From the human T2T-CHM13v2.0 reference genome, Homo sapiens, in NCBI RefSeq assembly GCF_009914755.1, contig NC_060925.1: a stretch of 64,000 nucleotides of DNA; one strand, given 5' to 3'. Below the pieces are notes generated by a model. It saw only the letters and a list, made by a program, of their open reading frames with translations, had not been told where the DNA came from and did no database searches. The translations under genes and the position numbers were made by a program. This document shows positions 1-14,290 of the stretch, in pieces. The stretch's first letter is position 1, and the number at the start of each line of letters is the position of its first letter.

Positions 1-600
1 TCCAGACCCATTGTCAGTTCTGGAAGAAAAAAAGAGTAACTATTCAAATACTCAAATTTCAAATATTCAAAATGCACATCTAGCTGACAGTGGGTCAAAG
101 GAGGAGCTATCATAAACAAACGACCTTTAGTAAGCACCTACTAAGCATCCAAATCCAAGATTAGTTGGTAGTAAAAAGACGATACTCACATTTCAAGTTA
201 TCTGTGTTTAAACAGGACTATTTGTGTCACTACATGCCTGAGAGATACCATTAGGCCTTCAACTGAGCTGAATTTAGATGAGAAATGTGTACTTTCTTTC
301 AACTTAGGGACCCATTGCATATCTATCTCTAGGTTCAGCCCCTTCCTTTTCTGATGAAAAAACCAAGGCTCAGAGAAACTACAGAACTAGACAGTGCAGA
401 ACTGGCTCTAGTCCCAGATCTTCCTTCACTGCTCTTCTCACAGGCCATTTTGGTAAGTTCATCCAAAATTCTCTTAACCATGTGTGGAGCCTAGACACTC
501 AATTAAGAATATTTTATGTTCATTTTTCTTAAAAACATAACTTATAGGGAGCTAGAACAGAAGATTTGTTTTGCTAAGCCAGTATATTTAGCTTCTCTAA

Positions 601-979
<379 letters not shown>

Positions 980-1438
980 GACCTCAGCTTTCTAATAATC
1001 AGTTACCAGGAATAAGCTTCAGCCAATAGGTAAAACTCAGCACAAGCATTTGAAAAAGGATTCTCAGGTACTCAAGTTGTGGTATGGGTTCTCTGCTTCT
1101 GTAACTCAAATTGGTGACAGATGTCAAAATACTTTGCAATGGCTTACTAATTGTGGACTATTACATAAATAATAATATACTGTAATGTGATGTGACATTA
1201 ATATGTGACATTATTTAATAATATTTTGTAATAATTATTTGTAAAATCACTACACATAAATTTCTCTGAAATGCTCTACCTGCTTGAGCAGGTAGCACGT
1301 AGGAAGAAAATATAGGCCCACCACTACACTAGGAAAAGGCAGGGGTCTAGCCACTTTGGTAACTGTCCTTCTACAGTGAGGACTTGGCTCACATTCAGTT
1401 ACTGTTACATTTTTCAATAAACCATAGGTCTTGGATAA

Positions 1439-1752
<314 letters not shown>

Positions 1753-2799
1753 AATTTCATTATTTTTAATCTTACTACTTTTGCAGAGAATTTTAAGCAG
1801 TTTCAGTAAATATCATGGATACTGTAGGATTTTCCTTTCAAAGAGTCTAGCGAAATGAAAAGGGGGCAGATGGAATGGAAAGAAACCCTAGGCCAAAGAC
1901 TATGGCTGGAAGCATCCTGATAGCCAAGTCGAAAAGAGAAAGGCGAGATGCACATATCTCACACAGCTTATTGGGAGCAACAATTGTCCTCTGGATTCTC
2001 AGCTCCAAAAAGACCTCTACTCAACATCTGCTCATGAGCACACTGAGAAACAGAATGGGCAGTTATCACACACACAAGGCTTTACAGAGAGCATACAGAA
2101 GTTCTTCACATGCACATGTCTTGCTTTGAGTTTCTGTTTTACCCTAGCTGTGTTCAGAAAGTATTCTTCATTTATTTGTGTTAGCTCCAATTTTTATAGC
2201 CATTGGAAAAACAAAGACAAAACATTACAGTATATCTGGATTCAGGCAACAAGTAACAAGTTGTAAACTCTGAACATTAAAAAAGAAACACTGACTGTAA
2301 GCACTGGCTGCAAAACATGGAATTGCTTTGCTCATTATTCATCTTTGCATGAATTTTCTGATTATTCTATTGATTTTTTTCTCAAAACTGTTAACATTTG
2401 GTAACTAGAAGTGTGTTTGGGGTATATGAGAAACCCACATCTATTAACGAGTTCCTTGCAAAAAAATGTGGCATTTTAAAATACATTTTTCTTTTTAAAA
2501 ATCAATAAATCATTTCTACTGGCTGTAATAGATACCACACAAATGAAGTCAGCTTTTATTTTATTATGAAATTGACATTTTCAGCACTTACTTAAGAGAA
2601 TAGTATGAGATTTGTCAGATAATTTGTAGATTTTAGAATTTTTATGTAACAATGTGTTACATAACATTTTTGGTAATTGCCGAAGGATGGAAAATTCTAA
2701 GCAGATCTCTCCTTTATGCTTATCCCAGTCCTCTGGACCAACCACAAGACTGTCTCATTATCTGACCTGTATATTCATCCTGGGTCCTGGGTCATACCT

Positions 2800-3065
2800 C
2801 CCTCCTTCAGCTAACTCCTACTCATCCTTCAAAGTCAGTTCAGTGACACGACTTCAGCTAACCCTTCTCTAGTCTCACTGCACTTTCCATAGAACCCTCC
2901 ACATAACTCTAACCACAAGTACATTTACCTTTGATTTTCTTGTCTATCTCATTTGCTAGACTATAGGGGGCAGGGGCCATGGGGCAGAGGCCATGTCTAA
3001 TCTATCTCTTTTATAGCTCCAGGTTAAAACGCAGCGCCTGGCATAAAGCAGATGGTCAATAATTG
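2800..3065 (+). mobile_element. L2 relic (3' end)
   Basis: ctaactcctactcatccttcaa... and ...gcgcctggcataaagcagatggtcaataa resemble the L2 3' consensus. Confidence 0.55.
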
Positions 3066-3071
3066 TGGGAC

Positions 3072-3189
3072 AGAGGAAGGAAGGGAGAGGAGAAAGAAGA
3101 AATAAAGAGGGAGGAAGGAAAGAAGGAAGGGAAGGAGGGAAGCAAAGAGGGAGGAAGAGAAGGAAGAAAAAAGGAAGAAAAGGAAGAAG
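3072..3189 (+). repeat. GA-rich / (GGAA)n low-complexity purine tract
   Basis: About 118 bp of almost only G and A. Confidence 0.9.
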
Positions 3190-3269
3190 CATCATCAACT
3201 TTCAATATATTTCAATATGGTCATCTTCTCTGTGCCTACAAGCTAATCTTATATAAGTCAGCTGCTTGG

Positions 3270-3430
3270 GTGACTCATTTATTCAATTTATTACTAAATC
3301 ATTCAATAAACACTTACTGATACCTACTTTAGCAAGGCATTTTTTTTCAGTGGTCACTGTTATGAAGATAATGCGGTGAATAACACACGTATGGTTCCTG
3401 ATCTCATGGAGTTTATATTTTAGTTAAAGA
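3270..3430 (-). mobile_element. L2 3'-end relic
   Basis: cattcaataaacacttactga...ggttcctgatctcatggagtttatattttag. Confidence 0.6.
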
Positions 3431-6400
3431 AATTAATCTACATAATTTGGTTTTTAAAGATAAACACAGGCATAAAAGGAAGACAAAAACAGATCACAGG
3501 TGCTGGCCCATCATTACTTCTCTTCTTCAAACCAAAGAAACTGGTAGATGAAGATATCTTGGGCTAGAGGTAATACTCTGGTAACACCCCCATGGACCAG
3601 TGGAATCCTTCTCAAATCAGTGTCACATAATCAATAAATCTTCGAATAAAAGAATCTGGATCTATTAAATGTCACCAAGTTTAGAGAGTCACCTGGGCTT
3701 TCTGAACCCTTGGCAGAGAAATGGAAAAGCTGAGATTATGCTTCCAGCTACCATCTGTCAAGAGACTACAGCCAATCAATCAGCTCACATTTCAAAGCTT
3801 ACTTTTACCTTAGGAGTAAGAAGAAGAGGGAATCTGAGACAGAATTAATTACTCCTCAAGGCAACTAGACATACTGAATTCAAATTATATTCCTTGAGGA
3901 ATTAAATAGTGGTTACAAAATAGGAATCACATACAAGAGTTTGGTAGCTCATGTCTCCTGTTTTGTCTAAATACCAATGACCCAAGGTCAGGGGTAAACA
4001 CCCTCTCTCTGATACAGCAACAATCACTTATATGTTTTTCTGGATATCACTCATATCTTTTATAAGAGGCAGAACAAGAACAGAAAACTGTGCAAACCCA
4101 CATGGAAACTCTGGGCATATCCTAATCTAGAATCAAAATGTTCCAGGGATAAGGAATGGATAAAGCAGTTGGATAACTTCTCAAGGTCCCTTCTGATCCT
4201 GTGATACTACGGAGCCTACTGGAAAACTAGACTTAAATTACTAGCAACATGAAGAACCCCAGTAAAATAACAGGGCTAAACAGCTGTGTAATTGTATGCA
4301 AATTGCAGAGCCCCTTTGAATCTAACCCAAGCCTTCATTGATAAAATTCAGTGATTGTAAGAAATGCATGACTCTTCCAATCTGAAAATTTTCTGATTGT
4401 AACACTGATCCCTGTCAAACAGGAAATGGCTCTACATTGGTAAATTAAGGGTAGATAAAATGTGCATTCTTCCTGCCCAGCAAAGTCACAAACCACAGAC
4501 CAAGGAGATGATGGAGCTGGCCCACTAGAAGCAGGTCATCAACCCCAGTTAGCCAATGATCTCCTCACAAGCAGATCCCCTCTTCCCCAATTGCACACAA
4601 AGACCTCTGAAATGAGTGGATGTCATGAAAATTGTGTTAACACATTATTGACCATGAAGATCCCTTTCCTGCCAGAAGGAGTTGCCCAAACTGGAAGAGA
4701 AAATGCCCTTGCTTCTCTGGCAGGTTCTCTTTTCTGTGGTAGTTGGTGAATAGAAATCCATTATCCCCTGCCCATCTCCTTCGCAGATGAAAGGCAAGTG
4801 AAAACACTTTAAGCATATTAAGTAGCAAGTTTGATTTATAAATTATTAGGAAGATTACCTCCTCTTGGGGGTTTTCTGAAGTCTTTAATCATGTGGAAAG
4901 GCTTTCCAGTTGCCACGGGCCACTAAGTTAATTAAGAGGCCTCAATATGTCTTCTGGGGCTCCTGGTATGAATTGCATGCCCCACTGGCAGGGCCCAGCC
5001 CGCGCTGCCTTGTTAACCTCTCACTGGGGCAGTTACTACTGCTGATTGCTGCCTCAAGATGCTTCAGCATCCCCTTCCCCCATGCCCCTAGGACCAAGTA
5101 TCCAAGGCTTAGGAAAGAAATAGGATATTCCCCCAACTCTGTCTCAATAAAATGCCATTGGTGGGTAAATATAGGGACTAGGCAACCTTCCACAAACAAG
5201 AGGCAAAGGCTAAGACCAAGAGTCTTCCAAGGTTAAGTAGGTTGGTATTTGAGTCCTTCCAACCTAAAGAGGCTATGTTCTTCTCAGGAGGAAATTCAAC
5301 TCTCTAGCTTTTTAATTACTTTTTAATTTAATTGTGTTTTATTTTGCTTCTCCTAGCTCTAAAAGTTTTAAGACCATTAGGTTTGATCGTCTTTCTTCTT
5401 TAATCTGGAAAGTTTGTCTTCAATTCCTGTATGAGACTTTAGGAGTTTCGTCTAATGAGAGCCTGAAGCCCTACAGGGACAGTGGTTGGAGGCTAGTGTG
5501 CTGGAGTCAGCCTGGGCTATTTCAAGTTGTACTCTTTCAGATTCTGTTTATAGAACTGCTTTTTTCCGTTCTTGAGATTTTTTTCTTGCCTCAGACCCTT
5601 GACTCTGTCATCCCAAAGAAAAGCAAAGGAGTGCATTTGTCTGTGAGCTGCTTAGAGCTCTCTCATCATTAGTAGCTACAGTTACCTGTTGTTTGCCTTA
5701 ACGAGAATGTTAAGGCCAAGCAGGGCTGGGTGAAGCAGGATGACAGAGAAGCAGCTCATCAAGGGCTGGGTTTTCAGCCCATAGATCCCTAATTCCAAAG
5801 ACTGACCTAGACCTCTGCAGTGTAGGAGACCAGTAAGGAATCAGGCTACCTGGGGAGAGCTCAGGTCCTTCATCCCTCTGGATGTAGACGTAATAATTTT
5901 CTGAGAGATGACATCATGGATGGCACCCCAATCAGCATCATGTGTTAAGAGGCTGGCCCCACATATAACCCATGTGTATGGATATCAGTGTGCATGCACA
6001 CGCACAAATGTGTGTATTATGTACAACAGATAGGCTGGAAGATAAAAGGGTCCACAAGGAAGCAGAAGCACTCCAGGTCTCTGTCTCAGCAACTCATGGG
6101 CAGAGCTGCATGAGACAGGCTCCCTCCATGGGCTGTGGGCACCAGCCCTTCAAAACTTCACAAGCCAAGCATGAAGCCAATAAATAAATATCGCCAGCTG
6201 GATAATGCTCAATGTCTATTCTGGGCCACGTTCCTTTCCTCCTTTCTTCTTTGTTTTTATGCAGTAGGTGATCTTGATGAAATAAAATAATAACAATAAT
6301 CTACTCCATTAGGATCAAACATTAAGGGAATTATTGAACAAGTAACGGAAGAGGCAGCGGGTGCAGTATATGCTAATGACCATTAGACTTTATCCCTGTT

Positions 6401-7194
6401 TTTCTCTGATCATAAAGGAGTTGTTTAATCCCTCTTTCTCCCATTTCCTCAAAGTCAGGCAGCCCAGCTTAATGGGGGAAAAGAGGTTCTCAGAGAGCTG
6501 ATAGCTCCATAGGTAGCAACTGGGGCTGAGTACATGAAAATCAACAGCATTAAAAACTAGTCACTGCAGGAAGACCTTATGCAGGGCATGTGTAGGAATT
6601 CCAGTGACTTCAGATGTAAACAGCCTATAACATAGTTAGTTGGGAATAGGAGGGGAAAGAGGGTCAAGATGTCAAGATTTCTCTGAATTTGGCACATATT
6701 CATCAGTATCACTATCTGAACCAGGGAAGACCCTGAAGATCCATTTCCTCTCCAGCTAACACTGAGATGGATCCTTAAAGGCTGCACTATTCAGAGATGC
6801 CTGAGAGTCGGGGTGGAGGTAGAAGGCCTTTCACATGGAGTGTGGCCTTGATCATATTCTTGTCCCACATATAGAGGTACAACTTGATTTTCATGATTGC
6901 CGTGAGATCTGGTGTGACAGGATCCAGTCAAGTATTCAAGGATCCTGCCCCGTTCTCTTTTACAGTGGGATTTCCAGCAGCACAGTCCCTAGCCTGGGAG
7001 AGGTAAAGATCACATAGCTGATGGTTAGTTTTGTGATGATCTCAAAGTCCACAAACCACTATGAAAGAATTAAGCATTTCTCACCTTCCTACAGTTAATC
7101 CCATTACATGTGCTTAACTCTTCCTCCAAACTCCTGCCTCATTCTGTTAGTCTATTCACACATTGCCTTATTCCTAGAATACTGGTACAATAAA

Positions 7195-7420
7195 GAAGTA
7201 ATACTAATGATAACTACTGTTTATTGTGTTTACCACATGCCAGACATAGCACCTAATGAATTATACTCATTATTTTATTTAGTCCTACCAATAAGTATAA
7301 GTAGTAAAAATTATAATTTCCATTTTTAGAAAGTAACTTATCCAAGTTTACATAGTAGTATGAGGCCAAACTAATACTCAACCACTGACATTAATGATGT
7401 TGTTTTATGACCGTGTCACA
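7195..7420 (-). mobile_element. MIR relic
   Basis: tttattgtgtttaccacatgccagaca...aagtaacttatccaagtttaca. Confidence 0.6.
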
Positions 7421-8807
7421 TAGAAAGAAGCCCACCACTGTGGTCTGGGCTCTAATCACTCAACTTCCCATTTTCTTTCAATTAAACCCCAGATTTCCTT
7501 GCTTCTACAACTAACTCTCAAGGTTATGCAAGTGAGGATCCCTAAATGTCTACACTTAGTACTGTCTACACTGCCTGTCCCAGATACCTGCAATCTTCTC
7601 CAGTTAAGCTTGATCATTGGATTGGCCAAATACAACATTTTAAACAATAATTTAACCAATATGGCCAAGGAGGGTCACACTTGTCAGGTTGTCATTTTGA
7701 CACAGGCAGCAAAAATTCTGTGGAGATATCTGCAGCCTTGGGTAGATGTAAAGTGAAATCAACTGTCCTCAGAGTCTGAGAGTACAGACACTCAACCATT
7801 TCCTTGAGAACAGTCTGGCACTAATGCACACAGACTCTGGTCTGTTTGTTCTCTGTAAGCCCTGTTCTGGGATGGGAGACCTAAGAAGAACAATAAACAT
7901 TTTCCACAATATAACAACACACATATAAACAGACTGGGGAGAAATGTCAGACTTAACTTTCAGGGAAACTAGGAACTTCATTACAGTCAGGTCACACAAA
8001 AAACACTGTGCTAGCTGATAGATTTGGAGAAGACAGGAGAAAGCCCACGGGCCATGTTTTGCATTAGAACCCAAAAGATGACAACGGCCATTCCCAGTGC
8101 AAGTCATTTAATGCTAGTCGAAAACAGAGGTTAACAAAACTTGTATACATTGCTTTGTGCTCATAAGCTTCCTCCAACTGGTAACTGATTTGACCCACTA
8201 CAGAAAATTCTAATCACAGGCCCCAAATTCTAATCAAAACCCTGGGAGAACAATGGGTAACCATGGTCTTATCCCTTGTACCATTCCAGCTGTGACTCAA
8301 TCTTGGCATCCAAGTAAGATGCACATTAGAGCTCAAGAATTGTAGCAAAGGGAACAGAAGAGGAAATTAAGGGCTGAGAGGAGACGCTGACGTACGAACA
8401 CGATTAGAGCATCATATGCCAATATCCCTTCCAAGCCCTTCATTCCTTGCCAGCAAGCTTTGTCTGGCATCATACAGGGGAAGGAGGAGAAACCCTGGCA
8501 GTCAAAAAAGTCTTCTTTGGGGCCCCACACCGAGTGCTGTGGCTCTTATTTCTCCCTCTTTAAAAAATTATTAAATTGAATTTTTTTCTCTGGAACTAAT
8601 CAAGCACAAAATCTGAAGAAGAGGCCTGGTTTGTGAAGGCAATCACTGAATGAGGTACTGATATTCTCATTAGGACGGGCTTCGTTAAGCCACCAGCTCC
8701 AACACCAGCAGCATATTGTCTTTAGCTAATTACATTTTTTGCTGGCAAAGCTACTGTACAAGTCTTCAAATCCTTCCCATCATTAATTTTAAGAAATGAA
8801 AAAAAAA

Positions 8808-8808
<1 letters not shown>

Positions 8809-8845
<37 letters not shown>

Positions 8846-8851
8846 ACACAC
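8809..8851 (+). repeat. (CA)n microsatellite
   Basis: About 21 CA units with one TA interruption, after an A-tract. Confidence 0.95.
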
Positions 8852-11779
8852 CCAACTGCCCTGTCCTACCTCCTCTCTCCCTGGCATCCCACCCACCCAT
8901 AGCCCCAGGCTGTCAGCTTTGTTTTTCTGTTTTTTCAGGCTTCCTCTCTTGTACTGGCATTTGTTGTTGTTGTTTGTTTTGTTTTGTTTTTTTGAGGTGA
9001 GGATGGGGGTTGTGATTGAGTGGGGTGCAGGTAAAGAGTCTGTTACTTAGGCCTGATTTCTTCACTAGCTGACCATGGCCCCCTCTGTTCCCAGCAGAAC
9101 AGCCAAATGCTGGTTACTCCCGCCAGGACCTCGGGCGCAGGCCTGGCGCTCACCAGCCAAAGATGGGCTGTAGCAAAGGGAAGTTGGAAATTGAGCGGCA
9201 GCTCTTCCCCACCTGCCAGGGAAAGTGACAAAAGGCTCAACTCTGCTATTGTTTGTCAGGTTTTGATTTGCTGATGAGTGGCTCGATCATGCAGGGAATC
9301 CATAGGTCAGCCAGAGACATTGGAGTGATACAAAGGCAGTCAGGGGTTCTTGCTTCCAAGGCAACTGACAAGGCCGACATCATCCGCTGGGCCAGTTGCC
9401 TAATTCTGTACCTGTTTTCCTGAACCCATGGGGTCATTCCCAGCCAATCTGCAACATCATTATAAATTAATTCAAATCATAGTGTTCACAGAGTTTCTTC
9501 TTTCTACATTTTAATAGTTGTGATTTATTTTTTCTATTCTTAACATTCAGTTCTGTTGTAAGGGAGAGAGGGACAGAAAGAGAGAAAAACAGGGGAGGGA
9601 GAGGAAAAGGGAGAAAGAGCAGGCATGGGGTAATAGGTCTTTTTTTTTCTGCCTATCCCTGAACCTTTGTTCTCTCATTTCCCTGAAACGTCCTTCTTTA
9701 TATCTCCCCTACCTATGCCCTTTCTGTGCTTTCAAGTCCCAGCACACATCTATCTCCTTCCTGAAACCGACTTTGATTACTCTGATCCATAGACATATCA
9801 TTCTATTCCAATTCCTAATGCATATGTGGACATTTCTCAATTAATCCTTAATCCCTAATTCTGTTGCTCCCCATATCATGGCTCTGACTGGACTTGCAGG
9901 CAGAGACCACATTCTAAATTCCTTCCACAGCCCCAGCCTTAGCAGAATGTCTAGCACGGGGCTGACACTCAGTGAATGCTACATGGCTTGATTAACTCCA
10001 GGGAGGCACATTCCGCTGGCTTGCTAAGGTTGACAAAACACAAACAGCATTACGTTCACACTATTGGTCAGTTCAGACTGAAGACCTCCATCTGAAAATC
10101 CCTCTTCCTTCTTTTCTGCTGGCTCCTAGATAGCTCTGAGGGGCACTCCCTTGGTCATGGAGTCCTCCCAGGAGAAAGTGAACTACAGTCAGGTGGTGGT
10201 TTCATTTCCCATGAGGATGCTCAAATGCAAGGTGCATGATACATCACCCAGAGGATACGGCTATGTTTTTAGAGCGTGTGAGGACTTCTCTTCACCCAAC
10301 CTCACTCTAGCTCCTACCTTTTGGTGTCTTTAGCCAGCATTTGTGAGACAGCTGAAGGCTCACTTACAGTGACAGATTTTTTTTCTAGTAAAATAAACTA
10401 ACCTGAACGTTAATCTAACTGTTCCTGCTCCACCCCTTAGAGGTCTGCAGGAATAGAGTATCATCACCAGAGAAGTCAAAACTTGTAATCACATTAAAAA
10501 TGTCTATTTAGAATCTAATTATATCTACATACATGTAGCTGTACTACATGCTTTACAAAGTGAATGGGGTAAAAATAAAAGTACCTTCTCTTAGAAACGA
10601 AAGTGCTAATTTTGCATTTATATTTCTGTTTCTGCAGAGTGACTACAGGTAGGATGGAGAAGTTCTTCTTAACTTCATTCTATAATTGGGGAAATTAAAT
10701 TTGGCTTAACAAGAGAACCAAACACTGTCAGGACCAACACTTTTCCATAGTTTTTTCTGCCACCACACCATGAGAGATACAGGCTACAAACCGGGTAGAC
10801 CCCATTGGCACACTGAAGGCTCAGTGTTCCCCTGGCACCAGCTGTAACTCCAATTTTTTCTCTCTCTCAGTCAGCAAAGTATAACACAATGTAAGTTGAG
10901 TGAGAATGACCTTATTATAGGTCATTTATAACTTTGACTCCACTCTAATGGAGAAAAGAAAACCAGTCACAATTTTCAGCACTTTACCTATTATTAGTAT
11001 CAAATGCACTTGGCACATCTTACAAATGATGCAGACAGACCAGCCATCGTGACACTGTAGTAGAAGTGTGAAAGCAGCCACTGAGGACAGGAAAATGAGG
11101 AGCTGTTGGCTTTGCCCAGAAGGCTGAGTCAGGGGCTTCCTGGACATTCGGGCTCTGGGAGGGGCCCTCTTCATTACAGAACACCATGTGGTCCCATCCC
11201 ACCCTTTATACCATGCCTCGTGACACTCAAAACTAAAGTTCCCACTCTGAAAACCTTTTATAGTAATTTTGCTCAGTATCAACTTAAAAAATTATATGTA
11301 TACATGCACACACATGCAGAGGGAGAGTGAGATGGCCTCATGATCTAGCCACTTCTGGTGTGTGTGACAGCCTTCCCCTAAGGTTCCTGTTCCATGAATA
11401 TGTGAAGGGAGGAAGAGATGTGAGGGTTCAGTGGAGAAAAGGGAGCCACAGGACCAGAGACGAGGCCTGAAGAGAACATTTTGCTGAAGATCTTACAGGA
11501 CAGAGGGGAAAGTGCGCTGACTGATCACCTGCTCCCCATCCCAACAGTGCCACTGACCAGCCATTCAGCCATTTAACCTCTTTGAGCCTCAGCTCTCCAT
11601 ATTATCAGACTTGCTCAGCCTTCCTTGCAAGGTTGTCTGTCCATTCCCAAAGTCCCTTTAAGCCTTTTAGCAAAAGGCCAGGCCCTTGGCTAGGATCCGG
11701 AGAAGCATAATCCCTCCCAGCAAGGAGCTTACACTCAGGGGAGATAGGCTTATGCACAGGTAAGGATGATGCAGAAATA

Positions 11780-12490
11780 TGCACCAGGAATTGCATGAAA
11801 CTTCTTCACCCAGCCCAGAGAGAAAAGGGGGTCAGAAACACTTTCCTAGAGGGAGTCATGGGGCGAAACTGAATTTTAAAAAGAGTAGAAAGAGGTGGCC
11901 TCACTCAGAGGAGAGGAAAGACATTTTCAGCCAAAAGGCCAGCATGAGTGAAATCATAGAAGTATTAAATAGCAAGGGAGGTCCACAAAATATGACAGGG
12001 AGGTCCAGAAAATATGACTGATTGTCAGGGTAGCTCACAGAGGGGAAGGCAAGGAGTGGAGGAGATGAGGGTCAGGCATGAAAGGTTTAACACCCTGGAA
12101 GTTAGCCTTCTGAATGGAGGAACCTACTCAAGGTTTTCCACTAGGGAGAGGACATAGTTCAAGCTGCATTTTATTAGATTCAGCCTGATGGTGGTTGAAG
12201 GGAATTTTTTTAAGGGAAACAAGGCAGAAGACAAGAGTGAAGAGGATGGAAACCACCGTATCAGTCCAGTGAGAGGTGAGGGGGGTCTGCACTCATAGTG
12301 GTAGTAGAGAGGGAAAGAAGAGAGGTATTCTGGAGATGTTTACAAAATAAAATGAGCAGAGCATGGTGAAAAGGAAGGCACAAGAAGAGGATCCCATGGC
12401 CATGCTGGGCATAAGGACAGTGAGTCTGCAGGTACAGAAAGTGGAAACATGGGTAATAAGAATGAATGGGAAGACTGAAATCCATCTGTC
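11780..12490 (-). mobile_element. L2 relic
   Basis: Purine-rich degenerate L2 signature (ggaaagacattttcagcc...; gagaggacatagttcaagctgcatttt). Confidence 0.55.
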
Positions 12491-14134
12491 CCTAAATAAT
12501 GAAAATGCGCTACTTGTTTAGAAGACCTTCAAGTGAAGTAATTTTCCTTTGTTCCTTCTCTTCAACCCTAGTGACCTGGAACGATCAGCTAGGTAAGGCA
12601 GCATTTAACACAGATGCCGATGAAAATTTCTGGATGCAAAATACAGGCCTTTGAATGCACTTACAGTATTATACAGGAATATCTACATGGCCCACTTCCC
12701 ACTCTTAACTTTTTTCATTAGATGAAATCAGGTGAAAACGAACTTCAGAATCAAGCCTGATCAAAGAGGCAAAGGAACTCTCAAAGGGCGGCCGCCAGAG
12801 GGGCTCAGGATGTAGAAGAGGAAAGCAAGAAAGAGGTAAAGGCGCTGAATCTCCAGTACCTCGGACGAGCCTCTCCCTCCTAATGGCAACATGGGACTGA
12901 CTTGTCCTTATCTTCCCCTGATTCAGGGACTCTCCTGAGAACCAGTGAGGCTGGCCCAAAAGGGGAGTCTGGGAGATGCCCTGCAGGTCCCAGCATTGTT
13001 AGTCAGCAAGGCAGAGTCCACCATCCTACCAGAAAGTTCCCTTCTAAAGTAAATACTTTTTCCCCCTTAAGGCATAACTGTTATCCTGGGAATGGGGCAA
13101 CTGAAACAATCACTTCCATAAGAAAGAATTATATTATATAAAGGCTGGCTGGGCTAGACCTGCCAAGAATCACTCTGCCTCCGGCTTTACCTGAGTCATT
13201 TTAGGGAGGAGGATAAATGTCTCCTTCCGGGAGTATTCAAAGGCCTCCAGAGGCAATTCTGGGAGATTTCCCCTTCCCAAATCCTCCAAAGCTGGAGGCT
13301 GAAGGCTCTTCCCATGGCTTGCTCCCTAATGTGGGGGAGCCACTCCATCCTAAATCAAACCCAGGAGGCTCCTAGAGTACTTCATGCTAGCAGAGGCTAA
13401 CAGTATGTCTAGAGAGACTCGCTGGAGACACAGAGGAGCAGAGCCAGCTGAAGGCAATGGCTCTGAACCAGCAATTCACAGACCAAAGGCACCTGCAGAG
13501 AGCCCCCACTGGGCCATGTGAAGGGTTCAAAGTCACCAGGCTCCCTCCAACAGAGCAGCCAAAGATTCACAAGGGGATGTGATAGCTCCCTCCCAGGATG
13601 GAACTTCTTCCTTTCAACTCAACCTGTATACAAGCCTGCCAAGCCCAGCATACTGCCCATAGACCATCACCTCATACTCGTAAATGGAAAAAAGAAAAGC
13701 AGAGTTGCTGCAGGGAATGGAAGAAAGTTTTTTCATGCATTTCTTTCTGTGTCAACCAGGGATTGCTAGTGTCCCATATGTCCTTCACTTTCACATTCCT
13801 AGAATGTGGGAGCTGAAGGCAACTTACAAGTTCAGCTAGCCCAGGACCCCCAAGGCACAGGACATAGCCCACCTATGTGCTCCTGGTATGGGTGTGCCAA
13901 TTGCTGTTAAAGGGGTGGGACATGTTTATGTTATCATTTATTTGTATAAAATACTATTTGCCTAATCTGTATTGAAATAATCAACTATAACATCAAACCC
14001 CTGATTTTATTGACATATTTCTCTCAGATAAGTTTAAATTGAAAAAGCAAGTCAATTTAAATAAAAATATTCAGATAATACTAACAGAGGTTGCATAAAA
14101 ATATGCCAATAAAACATGAACGCCAAAGTTTTGA

Positions 14135-14290
14135 GAACACTTATCTCATTCCAGCCTCTCCTATGTAGATGAGCAAACTGAGGCTCAGGAAGGTCAAGGA
14201 GCTTGCCTGAAGTTTCACATGTTTTTGAGAGAAAAAGGTCCACAATCAAAGCTTCCTGACTTCAAATCCAGTAGTCTTATCCCAACATTA
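14135..14290 (-). mobile_element. MIR relic
   Basis: Core agatgagcaaactgaggctcag...gcttgcctgaagtttcaca. Confidence 0.65.

Noticed and set aside
1276-1295. Inverted repeat ctacctgct-tg-agcaggtag
   Set aside because: A 9-bp stem is within chance expectation for this window size, and nothing in the context supports it.
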